The translations under genes were made by a program, and so were the position numbers. Of a DNA stretch of 64,000 nucleotides, positions 29,601 through 39,062 are shown in pieces. Within the stretch, counting starts at the first letter, position 1, and each line of letters opens with the position of its first letter. Under the pieces are notes generated by a model. The model searched no databases, was not told where the DNA came from, and saw only the letters and a program-made list of their open reading frames with translations. The DNA comes from a virus, in IMG/VR virus record IMGVR_UViG_3300042291_000228, positions 1-64,000 of that record, one strand, 5' to 3'.

Positions 29601-32600
29601 TTGAAGACATTGTCAAAGATTCTGCCACGAACGTAGTTACTGTAACCGTGAACCAAAAACACGGATTAGTCTTGGATGAAATTGTAGGCATAAAAGACAT
29701 TGAAAATTTTACTGGATTTTACAAAGTTGTAGCGGTGACTGATTATACCTTTGCTGTTCAAGCAGCCGCTGGACCTACGCCAGCCGCCCCAGACATCAGC
29801 TCTATACAATACAACATATATTTGTTGACGCAATCTAGATTTGATTCTTATCAGGATATTGGAGATCAAACCGCTGCCCTGTTAAAGCAAGGATCAAAAT
29901 TATGGATCGACAACGCCGACGAAACTGTGGGCAATTGGGAAGTTGTTGAAAAACAAAGATTGTACGCTGAAAAAACAATCACCAATTTTGGAGCCACAGA
30001 TCCTAGAAATACAGGAAGAGCTGTGGTATATGCTGCCAACCTCAAACAGGTTATCACAGGTATACCATCTGCCAACTCTGTAATGGTGTACTCGGAAACT
30101 GCCACAGGATTGTCTGTAAAAGAAATACTACAACCAGAGACTGAATTTACAAATACAACGGCAAATAGTTTTGGAGACGCCATTGCTATCAGTCCTGATA
30201 ATGTTTGGTTAGCAGTAGGAGCTCCTTTGGCTTCTGGAGTACCTAGTAGATTCAAAGGAATTTACGAGGACAGCTATATAGATCCACTTATACCAGCAGC
30301 ATCTTATCGTGCCGGCGATATAGTGTTGCAAAATGGAAAATTATGGGAAGCCACAAACGATCAACAGCCCGGTGATGGCAGCACCAATACTCTGAACACA
30401 TTGTCTGTGAATTTTAGAAATGAAGATTGGAAACTGGTTGATATAGTCTATGCTAATGCATCGGGAGCAGTAGGCCCAATACATCAAGGCATGGTAGTTT
30501 TATACAAACGAAAAAATAATGCATGGGAATTGCAACATACAATCCTTAGCCCTCGAATTGAGGCAAATGAAAAATTTGGATCAAGTATTTCTATTGGAGT
30601 TTCTGGAGCAAATTATTATATGTCAGTCTCTGCACCGGGATCTCTCAACGACCTAGGTAGAGTTTATCTTTACAAATACACTGGCACAACAGCAGGATCA
30701 ACCACACAGATTCTAACGTTTAATGGAACTAGTGCTGTAAATTATGCAGTGAATACAATTACATTTTCAAGAAATCATAATCTTATAACCGGACAACTGG
30801 TAAGATATCTCAACGGCACATATGCCGGAGATGATAAATCTCTAGCTACATCTCCTCCTCCACCTGAAGATTACACAATCTTATATGCAATAAGAATTAC
30901 AGATACTGTTATACAATTAGCAACTTCAGTGGTAACCGCTACGGCTGGAACAGAAATCGATCTTAAAGATTTTGGTATAGATGATTCAAGTTCGCATACC
31001 TTAATTAGCACAGCAACGGTTGGTTGGAAACAGTTGGGAGATCCTGAGTATCGAGGACTGTATACCAATAGTGCTAGTTCTATTTACAGTCAAGGATCTA
31101 AAGTTTGGTATGAAGGAAGAATATATCAGGCACTAGAAGACACCTACGGTGACGGAACATCACTTGATTTATCCACTAGTAATTCTTGGCAAGTCTTAGA
31201 TGAATCAGTAACTGAAGTTTCACTGCCATCAAACATTGCCTTGATTGACAGTGGAAATATTCTTCCAATTTTACAAGACAGTTCCACAGCTATTCTAGGA
31301 TCAGTATATCCTTTAGTCACAGCTGGAAATTTTATAGTAGGAGAAATTTACACTATTGAAGATTATGGAACTACAAATTTTCAACTTATTGGTAATAATC
31401 CTGCATCCGGAGACGGTCTTACATTCAAAGCTACTGGAGTTGGATCTGGCACAGGTAAAGCAAGATGGAAATCATACCAGTTTGCAGAATTAATTAAAGC
31501 CGGAGATAAGTTTGGCCAAAGCCAAGCCATGAGTCGAGATGGTGGGATTTTAGTAGTCGGAGCTCCTGAAAGTGACGGAATTTATATTGCCAACTATAAA
31601 GGATTATGGGTAAATTATCAAACCTATTACGAAGATGATGTAGTTAAATATCAAAATGTTTACTACAGATTAACTGACGTAGTTGAAGAAAATACAGCAG
31701 ATTCTGCCCTGCAAGATAGTACTTTAATAGTTTCTAGTAAAGGTCAAAGCCCAGCTACTTACAATCAATCGTTTAACGTTTATCTAACAGATGAACAAAA
31801 CAATCCATTTAGATTATGGTTTGAAATTGATACGGTATCCACAGACTCTTCTGGCAAGATCTTTATCTATAAACGAAATTCTAGCGATGTCTATGAACTA
31901 GCGCAAACAATTACCGCCGGGTCATTAACTGAAATTAGTGATGTTTTAAATATTGACAATCTAAATACTGGAGACAAATTTGGAGCAGCAGTAGACATTG
32001 ACTATAACGGAACTACAATTATTGCCAGCAGTCCGTTGGCAGATGTAAAATCTACTGATCAAGGTGCAGTGTTTGTGTTTAAGTCAGATCAATTAGATAG
32101 CGTTTCTTATAGATTAAAACAAAGATTAATTAGCCACGAAAATTATACCAACGAATATTTTGGTTCTGCTATCAGTATAAGTCCTGCAACGGAAAAAATA
32201 GTTGTTGGCGCCACAAATGCCAGTTTCAACCTGTTTACAATATATGATCAAGGTTCTACTTCCTTTGATAATACAAACACCACATTTAGTTCCGACGAAG
32301 GTAATACAGGACAGGTCTATGTGTTTGAAAGAAAAGATCAAACATATCACCTAACAGAAAAATTATATGTTACAGACCTGCAAGACTGGGAATCATTTGG
32401 TTCTAGTGTAGACTGTGTCGGATCAGTGATAGCCGTAGGATCTCCAACCTATCGCGACACAGTATATAGAATAGGTGTTGGTTTTTTAACTATTATTCTA
32501 CCGGGTGCTAGCGGAAACAATGCACTTACAGTAGATGTAGTAATACAAGACGGAGTCATTGTATCTGCCATAGCCAAAGATTCTGGAGCTGGATATACGG

Positions 32601-35600
32601 TCAGCGACTTCAATGATGATACTGATGCTATTGAAATTAATGGATCTGCAGACAAGGCTCGTATTAAAGTGCAAGAAATGTCGGGTAGCACCATAACTAA
32701 GTTGTTTGTGTCCTATGGAGGCAGCGGATATACAGGCAGTGCAGAAGTTATTGAAACTGGTCAGGTTAGATTGTTTACTAAAGACATTACTAAAAATTCT
32801 TGGAATATTATTGCCTCAAAGCAAGACCTAACTGATATAGAATTGTTTAAAAACATTTCAATATACGATAATGAAAATAATGTAAAAATTTCAGACATTG
32901 AAATAGTTGATCATTACAAATTAAAAATACTAGGTGCAGCCGAACAAGAATTAAAATTTAAAACCTTGTACGATCCTGCTACATATACCAACGGTACTGA
33001 TCAACAAGAAGTTGATGAATCTCAGGCTTGGTTTGAAAAACACGTCGGGGAACTGTGGTGGGACCTAAGTACAGCTAAGTGGTTGCTCTATGAACAAGGT
33101 GATATTTCCTATCGAATCGGTAACTGGAATCAATTGGCCTACGGCGCAAGTATTGATGTGTATGAATGGGTAGAATCAAAATATTTGCCTAGCAGATGGG
33201 CCACGTTAGCAGATACAACTGAAGGTCTTGCACAAGGAATTTCAGGACAACCGTTATACCCGGATAACACTGTGTATTCTGTAAAAATCTTAACCAATCC
33301 GTCAACTGGGGAAACCACAGATACAAAATATTATTATTGGATCAAGAATAAAAATATAGTGCCAAAAAATGTTCCAGGCAGAAGAATTACAGCTTCGGAT
33401 GTAAAGAGTTATATTGAAAACCCAATAGGCACAGGACAGCCTATATTAACTCCGATAGCCGCTGATACACTATTGGCGTTCAATTTTGAATCTTTAATCT
33501 CGTCAAATACTGCGTTGGTTAACATTCAATATAGAAAAAATCTAAAAGCCTTGAATTCTATCCATAATGAATATCAGTTGTTGACTGAAGGTGTTGCAGA
33601 CAGTCTTCCCACAGAGACACTAGAAGCCAAATGGATAGACAGTTTAGTAGGGTACGACCTTGCTGGTAACATAGTGCCAGATGCTAGCATACCTATTAAG
33701 CAGAGATATGGTATAAGTTTTAGACCTCGTCAAACAATGTTTAAAGATAGATTTTCTATCTTAAAAACAGTGATTACTAATATCAATTCAGTATTGAAAA
33801 CTCGAGCGTTTTCCGATACTTTGAATTTTATCAATCTTGGATCTGTTGAGCAAGAACCTTCTAATGTGTTAAATCAATACGACATACGTGTAGATACACT
33901 AACTGATCTTGCAGAAGTAGGAACAACAAGAGTAAAAAAAGCTGTATTAAGAGCTAATATTGTTGACGGAGAAATTGATACTATTGATATTATTGATTCG
34001 GGATTTGGCTACAGAAATGCCCCATTCGTTAATATTGAAGGAAACGGACAAGGTGCCACAGCACAAGTAACTATTGACAGTCAAGGCAGACTAAATTCTG
34101 CTACTGTGTTGTCCAAAGGTCGACGTTATACATCTGCTGTAGCAGAGATAAGATATTTTTCTGTGCTAGTAGCGCAAGATTCTAGTATCGATAATTACTG
34201 GAGTATCTATTCCTGGGATGATATAAGAAAAACTTTCTTTAGATCTAAGTCCCAGGCTTTTAATACCAGCAAATATTGGGAATATATTGATTGGTGGCAA
34301 GACGGGTATGGAGAGACTTCGAGAATAGTTAAAGAAATAGCCGATCTTTACCAAGAGCCTTCAATTTTTGTAAATGTGGGAGACCTAATTCGAATTCAAG
34401 AATTTGCTAATGGCGGTTGGGCAGTTTTAGAAAAAACTGAACCTACTCAGGGTAATATTTTAGATAATTATATTCTTGTTGGTAGAAAAAATGGTACTAT
34501 CAATTTAATAATTGATGATCTAGTGTCGGTACAAAATATAGGATATGACAACACAGTTTCTTTTGATGCTGATGTGTATGATATAAATCCTACACAAGAA
34601 CTGCGTAACATTTTAAAAGCAGCTAAGGAAGATATTTTTACTGAAGATCTTAGAGTAGAATGGAATAAATTATTCTTTACTAGTATTCGATATGCGTTTG
34701 TAGAACAACCATATATTGATTGGGCTTTCAAGACAAGTTTCTTAAATGCCACTCACAATGTTGGCGATTTAGAACAAAAAATAAATTACAAAAATGATAA
34801 TTTAGAAAACTTCCAAGAATACATAGAAGAAATCAAACCCTATAGAACCACAATTAGAGAATATATTTCTAAATATACAGATAGAGATACTTCGTATTCG
34901 GGAACTACTGATTTTGATCTCCCTCCAGTGTATTCGACCCAAGATGGAAAAATACTACCAATTAGATCAACCAGCGACAAATTCACTAGTTATCCTTGGA
35001 AGTGGTGGACTGACAACAACGGATACGTTGTTACCGGAATTAGTGTGTCTAACGGCGGCGCCGATTACACAGAAGTTCCTAGTGTAATAATTGAAGGCAA
35101 CGGCACCGGAGCAACAGCACAGGCATTTGTAGCTAATGGCAGCGTGGTTGCTGTGAAGATTCTAAACAAAGGTCAAGGTTATACACAGGCTCCTACTATC
35201 AGTCTAGTTGGTGGTAATGGCACTAGTCAAAGTATTGCCAAGGCTGTAGCCATAATTGGTGAAACTGCGGCAAGAACATTTGATCTCACTGTGAAATTTG
35301 ATAGACTTGCTAAACAAGGAATATACCAAAAATTTACTAAATCTGAAATTTTTACGGCCACAGGATTTTCTGCGGTCTTTCAATTACAATACGCTCCTAA
35401 CAGAGACAAGAGTAAAATTTCAATCACTAAAAACAATCAAATTGTATTGAACAGTGAATATACAATTACATTGTATACTTCCACAACAGACACATACAGC
35501 TTGATCAAAGGTAAATTAATTTTTAATACAACTCCGGCCCTAGGTGATGTAATAGAAATAAACTATGAAAAGAATGTAGAATTATTTGACAGCATAAACA

Positions 35601-38389
35601 GAATTCAAAACTACTATGCACCTACCGAAGGAATGCGTGGCAACGAACTAGCACAATTAATGACCGGCATTGACTTTGGCGGTGTACAAATTCAAGGAAC
35701 GACCTTTGATGTCACTGGTGGTTGGGATGCTCTTCCGTGGTTCACTGACAGTTGGGATAGTGTGGAATCAAACAGTGATTTTTATTATGTGGCAGACGGA
35801 AGTACTATTGCAGTAACACTGCCATTTATTCCTGCGGCAGGCGAACAAATTTCTGTATATTGGAAACCTTCGGGAACTAGAATTCCTGGCGATATACAAA
35901 CACTGGGAACTCAACCTGACGGATATACTGTGATTGTAGCTGCAAACAATCCAGCAGTAATAATAGAATCAGAAATTGCTGCTCCTAAAACAATCAGAGT
36001 AGATGATCCTAACTGGATTCAAAATTGGGACAGCTCAAACGCTACTAATCCTAACGCACAAATGCCTACATTTGTAGGAGACGGTTCTACTAGAGTAGTT
36101 GAAATAGGTCAATATATCAGTGTAGAACCAGGCGATACCTTGATCTTCCGCAAGTTAGACAGTGACGGATCAGTGACTATTACCGACGTAAATCTTTTAG
36201 ATACTAGACTAAGTGGTGGATCTTTATCAAATATCAGCGGTGCGTATCAAACAGCCAACGGGCTTACCGCCGAAGAAATTGTTATAGACGGTGATAAATT
36301 TATTAGTCCAGATCAAGTACCGGCACCTGAAGAAAACATTCCTGGCCAAGTGCTAGAAAGTGTCAGTATCAAAGTGTTCCACACCTATCCTCAAGGATCC
36401 GCCTTGATACAAAACACTATTGTATATTCAGACGGTGTAAAATTTAGATATGCTATAGGTATTGATATATTAGAAAATAATTCAGTGATTGTTTATATTA
36501 ATAAAATCAAACAAGAACCTTCTCAGGATTATATTATAGACTATGAAACTAATGAAGTGGTGTTTAATTCTGCTCCAACCAGTGCTACTATAATTGAAAT
36601 ACTGGCATTTGGCCTGGGTGGTATAAATTTATTAGACTATCAAGAATTTGTTGCAGACGGTGTAACCACATTGTTTTTAACCAAAGCAATTTTTAGTCAA
36701 ACCTCATCAATATTAGTTACGGTCAACGGTGATGCTATTGATACTGGATTCCTAGACAGTGTTGATTTTACAGATACTCCGGATAAAACTTTAGTACAGT
36801 TTGGTATTGCTCCAACTATTAACAGTGTGGTCAAGGTAGTATGCCTAGGCCCTGGCCTAGACACAGACTCCACAGGACAGAGTATAATTAGAGTTAATAA
36901 TCAAACCATAGTCTACGACGGATCAACTACTAGATTTGTAGTAGATAAATTTGTTAATTTGTCCAGAGCATCAGCTATATCTAATCTACTAGTAAACATT
37001 AATGGACAACAAGTTAACGGACCCGATACTGTTTTAACAGTCTACGACGGAACTAATAATCAAATTACTATTGGAGTAGATCCAATAAGATTTCCAGGTT
37101 CGATAACTTATCCTGATATTGAAGTTTTTGTAAACAACAATCCAACAATTCAGGTGGTAGACTATACACTTAATTCTGGATCTAATATTATCACTGTGCG
37201 TTCGGACATTCTGGATATAGGTGATGTTATTAGAATTGTTGTTACAGCATTTGCAGATTATCAAATTGACAGTGACGAAATAATTTTTACTGACGCAATA
37301 ATGGCAACATTAGAAAATAATGATGACAGCACCACTAAAGATATGATTGAAATTGTTTGGTTTAGCGAATATCCTAGCATGGATATTGTAGCTGATCAAT
37401 TTTTAGGAGGAAAGGTTCAATATCAACTTTCTAGAACGCCTATAAATTCTAGTTATGTATGGGTCTATGTAAATGGAGTGAGACAAACGCAGGATCGTGA
37501 TTTTAGTGTATCCTTGCCAAGAGGTGTAGTATATCTAAATGTTGAAACAACTATTGACGATGATGTAAAAATTGTTGAATTTGGCAATGACGTATATAGA
37601 TTTCCTAGCGCATATGAAATTTATAAAGATATGTTGAATATATACCATTTCAAACGCTATAGTAGAAATGATGTTAAACTAGCCTTAGCATTGAATTATT
37701 ACGATCAAAGTATCACAGTGATCAACGGTGATCAATTATATGATCCCACTGACCGATCAGTGTCGGGTATTGTATACATTAATAATGAAAGAATAGAATA
37801 TTTGCAAAAGTCTGGAAATGTACTTACACAACTTCGTAGAGGTAGCTTAGGAACTGCCATTGCAATGATTCACGCTGTAGGAAGTTATGTGACAGATAGC
37901 GGCCCGTTAGAAACTATTCCTTACAACGAAACACAACACCGATTGGATTTTGTTAGCGACGGTAGTACGCTATTAGTTGGTCCTTTAGATTTTGTTCCTA
38001 CACAGGGAACTAGAAATTCATGGTTCCGTGGAATTGATACTGTAACAGGTGACCCTAACATTCCTGTAACACACGGACCGTGCGATCAAGTAGAAATATT
38101 TGTGGCTGGCACTAGATTACGTAAAAATCCTGTTGATGTATTTGATGAAGATTTAGGACCTAACGGTAGTAAAGAAATAGAAGCAGAATTCAGTGTGGAC
38201 GGAACAAGTCCTTATATAAGGTTAACAAAATCAATACCAGCAGGCACACGTATCACCGTAATAAGAAAAACAGGAAGAACTTGGTATGATCGAGGTGTTA
38301 CAACCGCATCAGCAGGAAGACCTCTACAGAAAAATTCCACTGCAATCAGCAATTTTATTTTACAAAAGACAACGTTCATACCAGAATAA
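23633..38389 (+). CDS. giant multidomain baseplate/structural protein (gp7 position)
   Basis: 4918-aa uninterrupted ORF after gp6; FG-GAP-like blades (FG..I.IS..LxVGAP), aromatic carbohydrate-binding-like modules, GxGY repeats, VYVNG Ig-like repeats. Confidence 0.7.
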   Translation: MAKDIFPQSQLPIRRTVELLPEVFQTETNAKFMSAVVDPLVQPGTLSKTVGYVGRRYGKTYNGSDVYLDTDATLRSRYQLEPGVTIKEKDKVENFYDYIDFKNQLKFFGNNLERDDLITDQDHYSWNPPIDWDKFVNFREYYWVPDGPPPITVFGQRQSITSTYRVRLGVGSSWVFFPDGLSLNPSLTLYRGQTYKFQVNAPGEGFVIKTAYDTGSLIYKPYLPYQQGQFAVFNNKLWKAKTFIPVTDGSTIDEDSQDWEYIEAASQATALDYNTGITGQGATNGTLTFTVPLDAPDVLFYQSATDINRFGRFLVADIESNTKIDITNEVIGKTTYVSSNGITFTNGMKVRFSGLVTPTKYSADTWVIEGVGESIRLIRFQDLSPPTLSTTSLEVLFDDGGFDTEPFDDAATYPEFKDYITINRASQDSNPWSRYNRWFHRSVLEQAHSFNDSEFDSIETARAKRPIIEFSSNLQLFNHGSLAKTPVDFIDTFTTDVFSTIEGSIGYNVDGEELFNGARLLVTADTDTLANNRIYTVNFIIHNNRRQINLVETTDATSTIGDGVFVRRGLLNKGIMYHFNGTSWVASQKKTAVNQSPLFDVFDDNGVSYGDMDTYPVSSFLGTKLVSYKVGNSIVDTELGFSLSYLNINNVGDIEFNFDWDVDTFNYNFDKKVFNKTIRQGYYKFTHTGSYANGWLKSDRTYLQPVIYSTTVTEVSTQIVSNGIKWTDVQDDEISKILIYVNGIKYSGSYTRNQNIFTFPTSFKINDIVTIKVFADADPHLGYYEIPVGLEKNPLNSEVKTFTLGQAVDHVSTALDLFDQFNGSYPGSSNLRDLTGYQNLSRRFLKHSGITPTAIMLLCDKHVNVIKSIQYAKKSYTEFKNNFIKFAETAIYNLDPVGFVDEILATMSKVKTQKDAFADSDMVGSGAYNLKEYVVEDTEIITFALNAKFNLTQLSRTAVYIYINNVQLIHGIDYTFNDTFGFVSISKALTQGDIIQIKEYVSSSFCFIPPTPSKLGLYKTYIPSLFLDDTYVTPINVIRGHDGSITVAYGDFRDDVLLELEKRIYNNIKQEYTEDLFSQDNILGGYYGSSTYTKQDLDSVISSEFLRWFSETNVDYLTNTFFDSEDSFTYTYSNMGDPTGQLNLPGWWRGVYTWLYDTDRPHRCPWEMLGFSQQPSWWEDQYGSAPYTKNNLLLWEDLAAGIIRQGSRAGIYDRYKRATLLNHIPVDGDGNLLSPFESGAATNFVLYNNKGTFKFGDIAPVEYAWRSSSDYPFVIMLALCLMRPYEFIIETLDKSRIKVNKIGQTVNKNTNLFFKNSDIIVPTSGGNQTSGLVNYVVDYLRSRGLTESVLQKKIDNLDVNLSTRLSGFVDQSQQKYILDSKNPSASTSNIFLPQENYDINFNISAPISSPSYSAVVIEKLAGGFKLFGYDISEPYFKYFEAVKSTNDPLLSVGGVSENFIDWESNKIFGNGTIIRVADIFYRCIKSHTSGIDFDVQFWQRIAKLPLVGAVEVFRRRTVNTATVQEIPYGTIFSTLQEIADFIIGYDAYLQSQGFEFTGYDGNLESAKDWITSIKELLFWSKHQWADSSLITLSPAAAKIELNIDIGVADNLLDSFYDYNILKVDGTILPVEFINVNREFKKLTVDVVNDSDGIYFFRCYFVLKEHVTIFDDRTVFNDVLYDKPTGYRQERIKSRGFRTVDWDGDYTSPGFLFDNVNIQIWQPFTDYKLGDIVNYKSYNWTSLVNQQGSIQFNDSNWTKLDTTPAKGLISNFDVRVSQFEDYYNVDADGAGASQRELARHLIGYQTREYLQNLAEDNVTQFKLYQGFIREKGTANAVVKVFDKLSRITADSIVLDEEWAFNVGRLGGLDQLNEIEFEIVKDNLLVNPQAIVITNGPISKNLSDKYLRVNQTNFTRSLIPYSVDINPLTNYQGITRNAGYVKTDQIELFVRSRDDILSLDISSLVENSHIWVTFDNASWTVLRLNLSTALTIEDIVKDSATNVVTVTVNQKHGLVLDEIVGIKDIENFTGFYKVVAVTDYTFAVQAAAGPTPAAPDISSIQYNIYLLTQSRFDSYQDIGDQTAALLKQGSKLWIDNADETVGNWEVVEKQRLYAEKTITNFGATDPRNTGRAVVYAANLKQVITGIPSANSVMVYSETATGLSVKEILQPETEFTNTTANSFGDAIAISPDNVWLAVGAPLASGVPSRFKGIYEDSYIDPLIPAASYRAGDIVLQNGKLWEATNDQQPGDGSTNTLNTLSVNFRNEDWKLVDIVYANASGAVGPIHQGMVVLYKRKNNAWELQHTILSPRIEANEKFGSSISIGVSGANYYMSVSAPGSLNDLGRVYLYKYTGTTAGSTTQILTFNGTSAVNYAVNTITFSRNHNLITGQLVRYLNGTYAGDDKSLATSPPPPEDYTILYAIRITDTVIQLATSVVTATAGTEIDLKDFGIDDSSSHTLISTATVGWKQLGDPEYRGLYTNSASSIYSQGSKVWYEGRIYQALEDTYGDGTSLDLSTSNSWQVLDESVTEVSLPSNIALIDSGNILPILQDSSTAILGSVYPLVTAGNFIVGEIYTIEDYGTTNFQLIGNNPASGDGLTFKATGVGSGTGKARWKSYQFAELIKAGDKFGQSQAMSRDGGILVVGAPESDGIYIANYKGLWVNYQTYYEDDVVKYQNVYYRLTDVVEENTADSALQDSTLIVSSKGQSPATYNQSFNVYLTDEQNNPFRLWFEIDTVSTDSSGKIFIYKRNSSDVYELAQTITAGSLTEISDVLNIDNLNTGDKFGAAVDIDYNGTTIIASSPLADVKSTDQGAVFVFKSDQLDSVSYRLKQRLISHENYTNEYFGSAISISPATEKIVVGATNASFNLFTIYDQGSTSFDNTNTTFSSDEGNTGQVYVFERKDQTYHLTEKLYVTDLQDWESFGSSVDCVGSVIAVGSPTYRDTVYRIGVGFLTIILPGASGNNALTVDVVIQDGVIVSAIAKDSGAGYTVSDFNDDTDAIEINGSADKARIKVQEMSGSTITKLFVSYGGSGYTGSAEVIETGQVRLFTKDITKNSWNIIASKQDLTDIELFKNISIYDNENNVKISDIEIVDHYKLKILGAAEQELKFKTLYDPATYTNGTDQQEVDESQAWFEKHVGELWWDLSTAKWLLYEQGDISYRIGNWNQLAYGASIDVYEWVESKYLPSRWATLADTTEGLAQGISGQPLYPDNTVYSVKILTNPSTGETTDTKYYYWIKNKNIVPKNVPGRRITASDVKSYIENPIGTGQPILTPIAADTLLAFNFESLISSNTALVNIQYRKNLKALNSIHNEYQLLTEGVADSLPTETLEAKWIDSLVGYDLAGNIVPDASIPIKQRYGISFRPRQTMFKDRFSILKTVITNINSVLKTRAFSDTLNFINLGSVEQEPSNVLNQYDIRVDTLTDLAEVGTTRVKKAVLRANIVDGEIDTIDIIDSGFGYRNAPFVNIEGNGQGATAQVTIDSQGRLNSATVLSKGRRYTSAVAEIRYFSVLVAQDSSIDNYWSIYSWDDIRKTFFRSKSQAFNTSKYWEYIDWWQDGYGETSRIVKEIADLYQEPSIFVNVGDLIRIQEFANGGWAVLEKTEPTQGNILDNYILVGRKNGTINLIIDDLVSVQNIGYDNTVSFDADVYDINPTQELRNILKAAKEDIFTEDLRVEWNKLFFTSIRYAFVEQPYIDWAFKTSFLNATHNVGDLEQKINYKNDNLENFQEYIEEIKPYRTTIREYISKYTDRDTSYSGTTDFDLPPVYSTQDGKILPIRSTSDKFTSYPWKWWTDNNGYVVTGISVSNGGADYTEVPSVIIEGNGTGATAQAFVANGSVVAVKILNKGQGYTQAPTISLVGGNGTSQSIAKAVAIIGETAARTFDLTVKFDRLAKQGIYQKFTKSEIFTATGFSAVFQLQYAPNRDKSKISITKNNQIVLNSEYTITLYTSTTDTYSLIKGKLIFNTTPALGDVIEINYEKNVELFDSINRIQNYYAPTEGMRGNELAQLMTGIDFGGVQIQGTTFDVTGGWDALPWFTDSWDSVESNSDFYYVADGSTIAVTLPFIPAAGEQISVYWKPSGTRIPGDIQTLGTQPDGYTVIVAANNPAVIIESEIAAPKTIRVDDPNWIQNWDSSNATNPNAQMPTFVGDGSTRVVEIGQYISVEPGDTLIFRKLDSDGSVTITDVNLLDTRLSGGSLSNISGAYQTANGLTAEEIVIDGDKFISPDQVPAPEENIPGQVLESVSIKVFHTYPQGSALIQNTIVYSDGVKFRYAIGIDILENNSVIVYINKIKQEPSQDYIIDYETNEVVFNSAPTSATIIEILAFGLGGINLLDYQEFVADGVTTLFLTKAIFSQTSSILVTVNGDAIDTGFLDSVDFTDTPDKTLVQFGIAPTINSVVKVVCLGPGLDTDSTGQSIIRVNNQTIVYDGSTTRFVVDKFVNLSRASAISNLLVNINGQQVNGPDTVLTVYDGTNNQITIGVDPIRFPGSITYPDIEVFVNNNPTIQVVDYTLNSGSNIITVRSDILDIGDVIRIVVTAFADYQIDSDEIIFTDAIMATLENNDDSTTKDMIEIVWFSEYPSMDIVADQFLGGKVQYQLSRTPINSSYVWVYVNGVRQTQDRDFSVSLPRGVVYLNVETTIDDDVKIVEFGNDVYRFPSAYEIYKDMLNIYHFKRYSRNDVKLALALNYYDQSITVINGDQLYDPTDRSVSGIVYINNERIEYLQKSGNVLTQLRRGSLGTAIAMIHAVGSYVTDSGPLETIPYNETQHRLDFVSDGSTLLVGPLDFVPTQGTRNSWFRGIDTVTGDPNIPVTHGPCDQVEIFVAGTRLRKNPVDVFDEDLGPNGSKEIEAEFSVDGTSPYIRLTKSIPAGTRITVIRKTGRTWYDRGVTTASAGRPLQKNSTAISNFILQKTTFIPE

Positions 38390-38392
38390 ATA
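38385..38392 (+). promoter_or_regulatory. late promoter AATAAATA
   Basis: Overlaps the stop of the giant gene; 4 nt before in-frame ATG 38397. Confidence 0.55.
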
Positions 38393-38396
38393 CACT

Positions 38397-39059
38397 ATGA
38401 ATAATAATTTCAACGAGCTCAATATGCCCAACGAACAAAAACAACCAGAAAAAACTCCCAACGAAAGTGGTGGATTCCACGTCGAAGGCCACATAAAAAT
38501 ATTTGATCCCAAAACTGGAGAAGTATTCCAAGATAAACGCAATGCCATTCATTATGAAAATATGAGTGTTGCAATGGTTAGTAGCCTAAGCAACCAAGGG
38601 CAGGGCTGGATTTATCAAATGGTTTTTGGCAACGGTGGAACCACAGTAGATCCAACTGGGCTGATTAGTTATCTAACCCCAAACACTGTGGGAGTTAATA
38701 CTAGTCTGTATAATCAAACCTATGCTAAGATAGTGGATAAAAATGCTACAGAAAATACAGATCCTATTAGAAATAAAATGGAAATTAGGCATATAAGTGG
38801 TTCTACTTACAGTGACATTATTATTAGTTGTTTGTTAGATTACGGTGAACCAGACGGACAGGATGCATTTGACAACAGTCAAGATATGAGTGGCAATTTT
38901 GTTTTTGATGAACTAGGTCTACGGTCTTACAGCGACACGGGTACAGGCAAATTATTAACTCACGTGATCTTTCACCCTGTTCAAAAATCTCTAAACAGGC
39001 TATTACAAATTGATTATACGATTCGTGTACAGAGTTTAACTGGATTCACAGAGGTTTAA
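38397..39059 (+). CDS. baseplate/fibre-attachment structural protein
   Basis: GHIKIFD, FGNGGT, FDELGL, HVIFHPVQKS..IDYTIR resembles fibre-anchoring N-terminal domains; start may be 38397 or the next Met. Confidence 0.55.
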   Translation: MNNNFNELNMPNEQKQPEKTPNESGGFHVEGHIKIFDPKTGEVFQDKRNAIHYENMSVAMVSSLSNQGQGWIYQMVFGNGGTTVDPTGLISYLTPNTVGVNTSLYNQTYAKIVDKNATENTDPIRNKMEIRHISGSTYSDIIISCLLDYGEPDGQDAFDNSQDMSGNFVFDELGLRSYSDTGTGKLLTHVIFHPVQKSLNRLLQIDYTIRVQSLTGFTEV

Positions 39060-39062
39060 TAA

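Noticed and set aside
38286-38396. Longer start for the 257-aa ORF
   Set aside because: Overlaps the giant gene by ~100 nt; the late promoter position favours ATG 38397 or later
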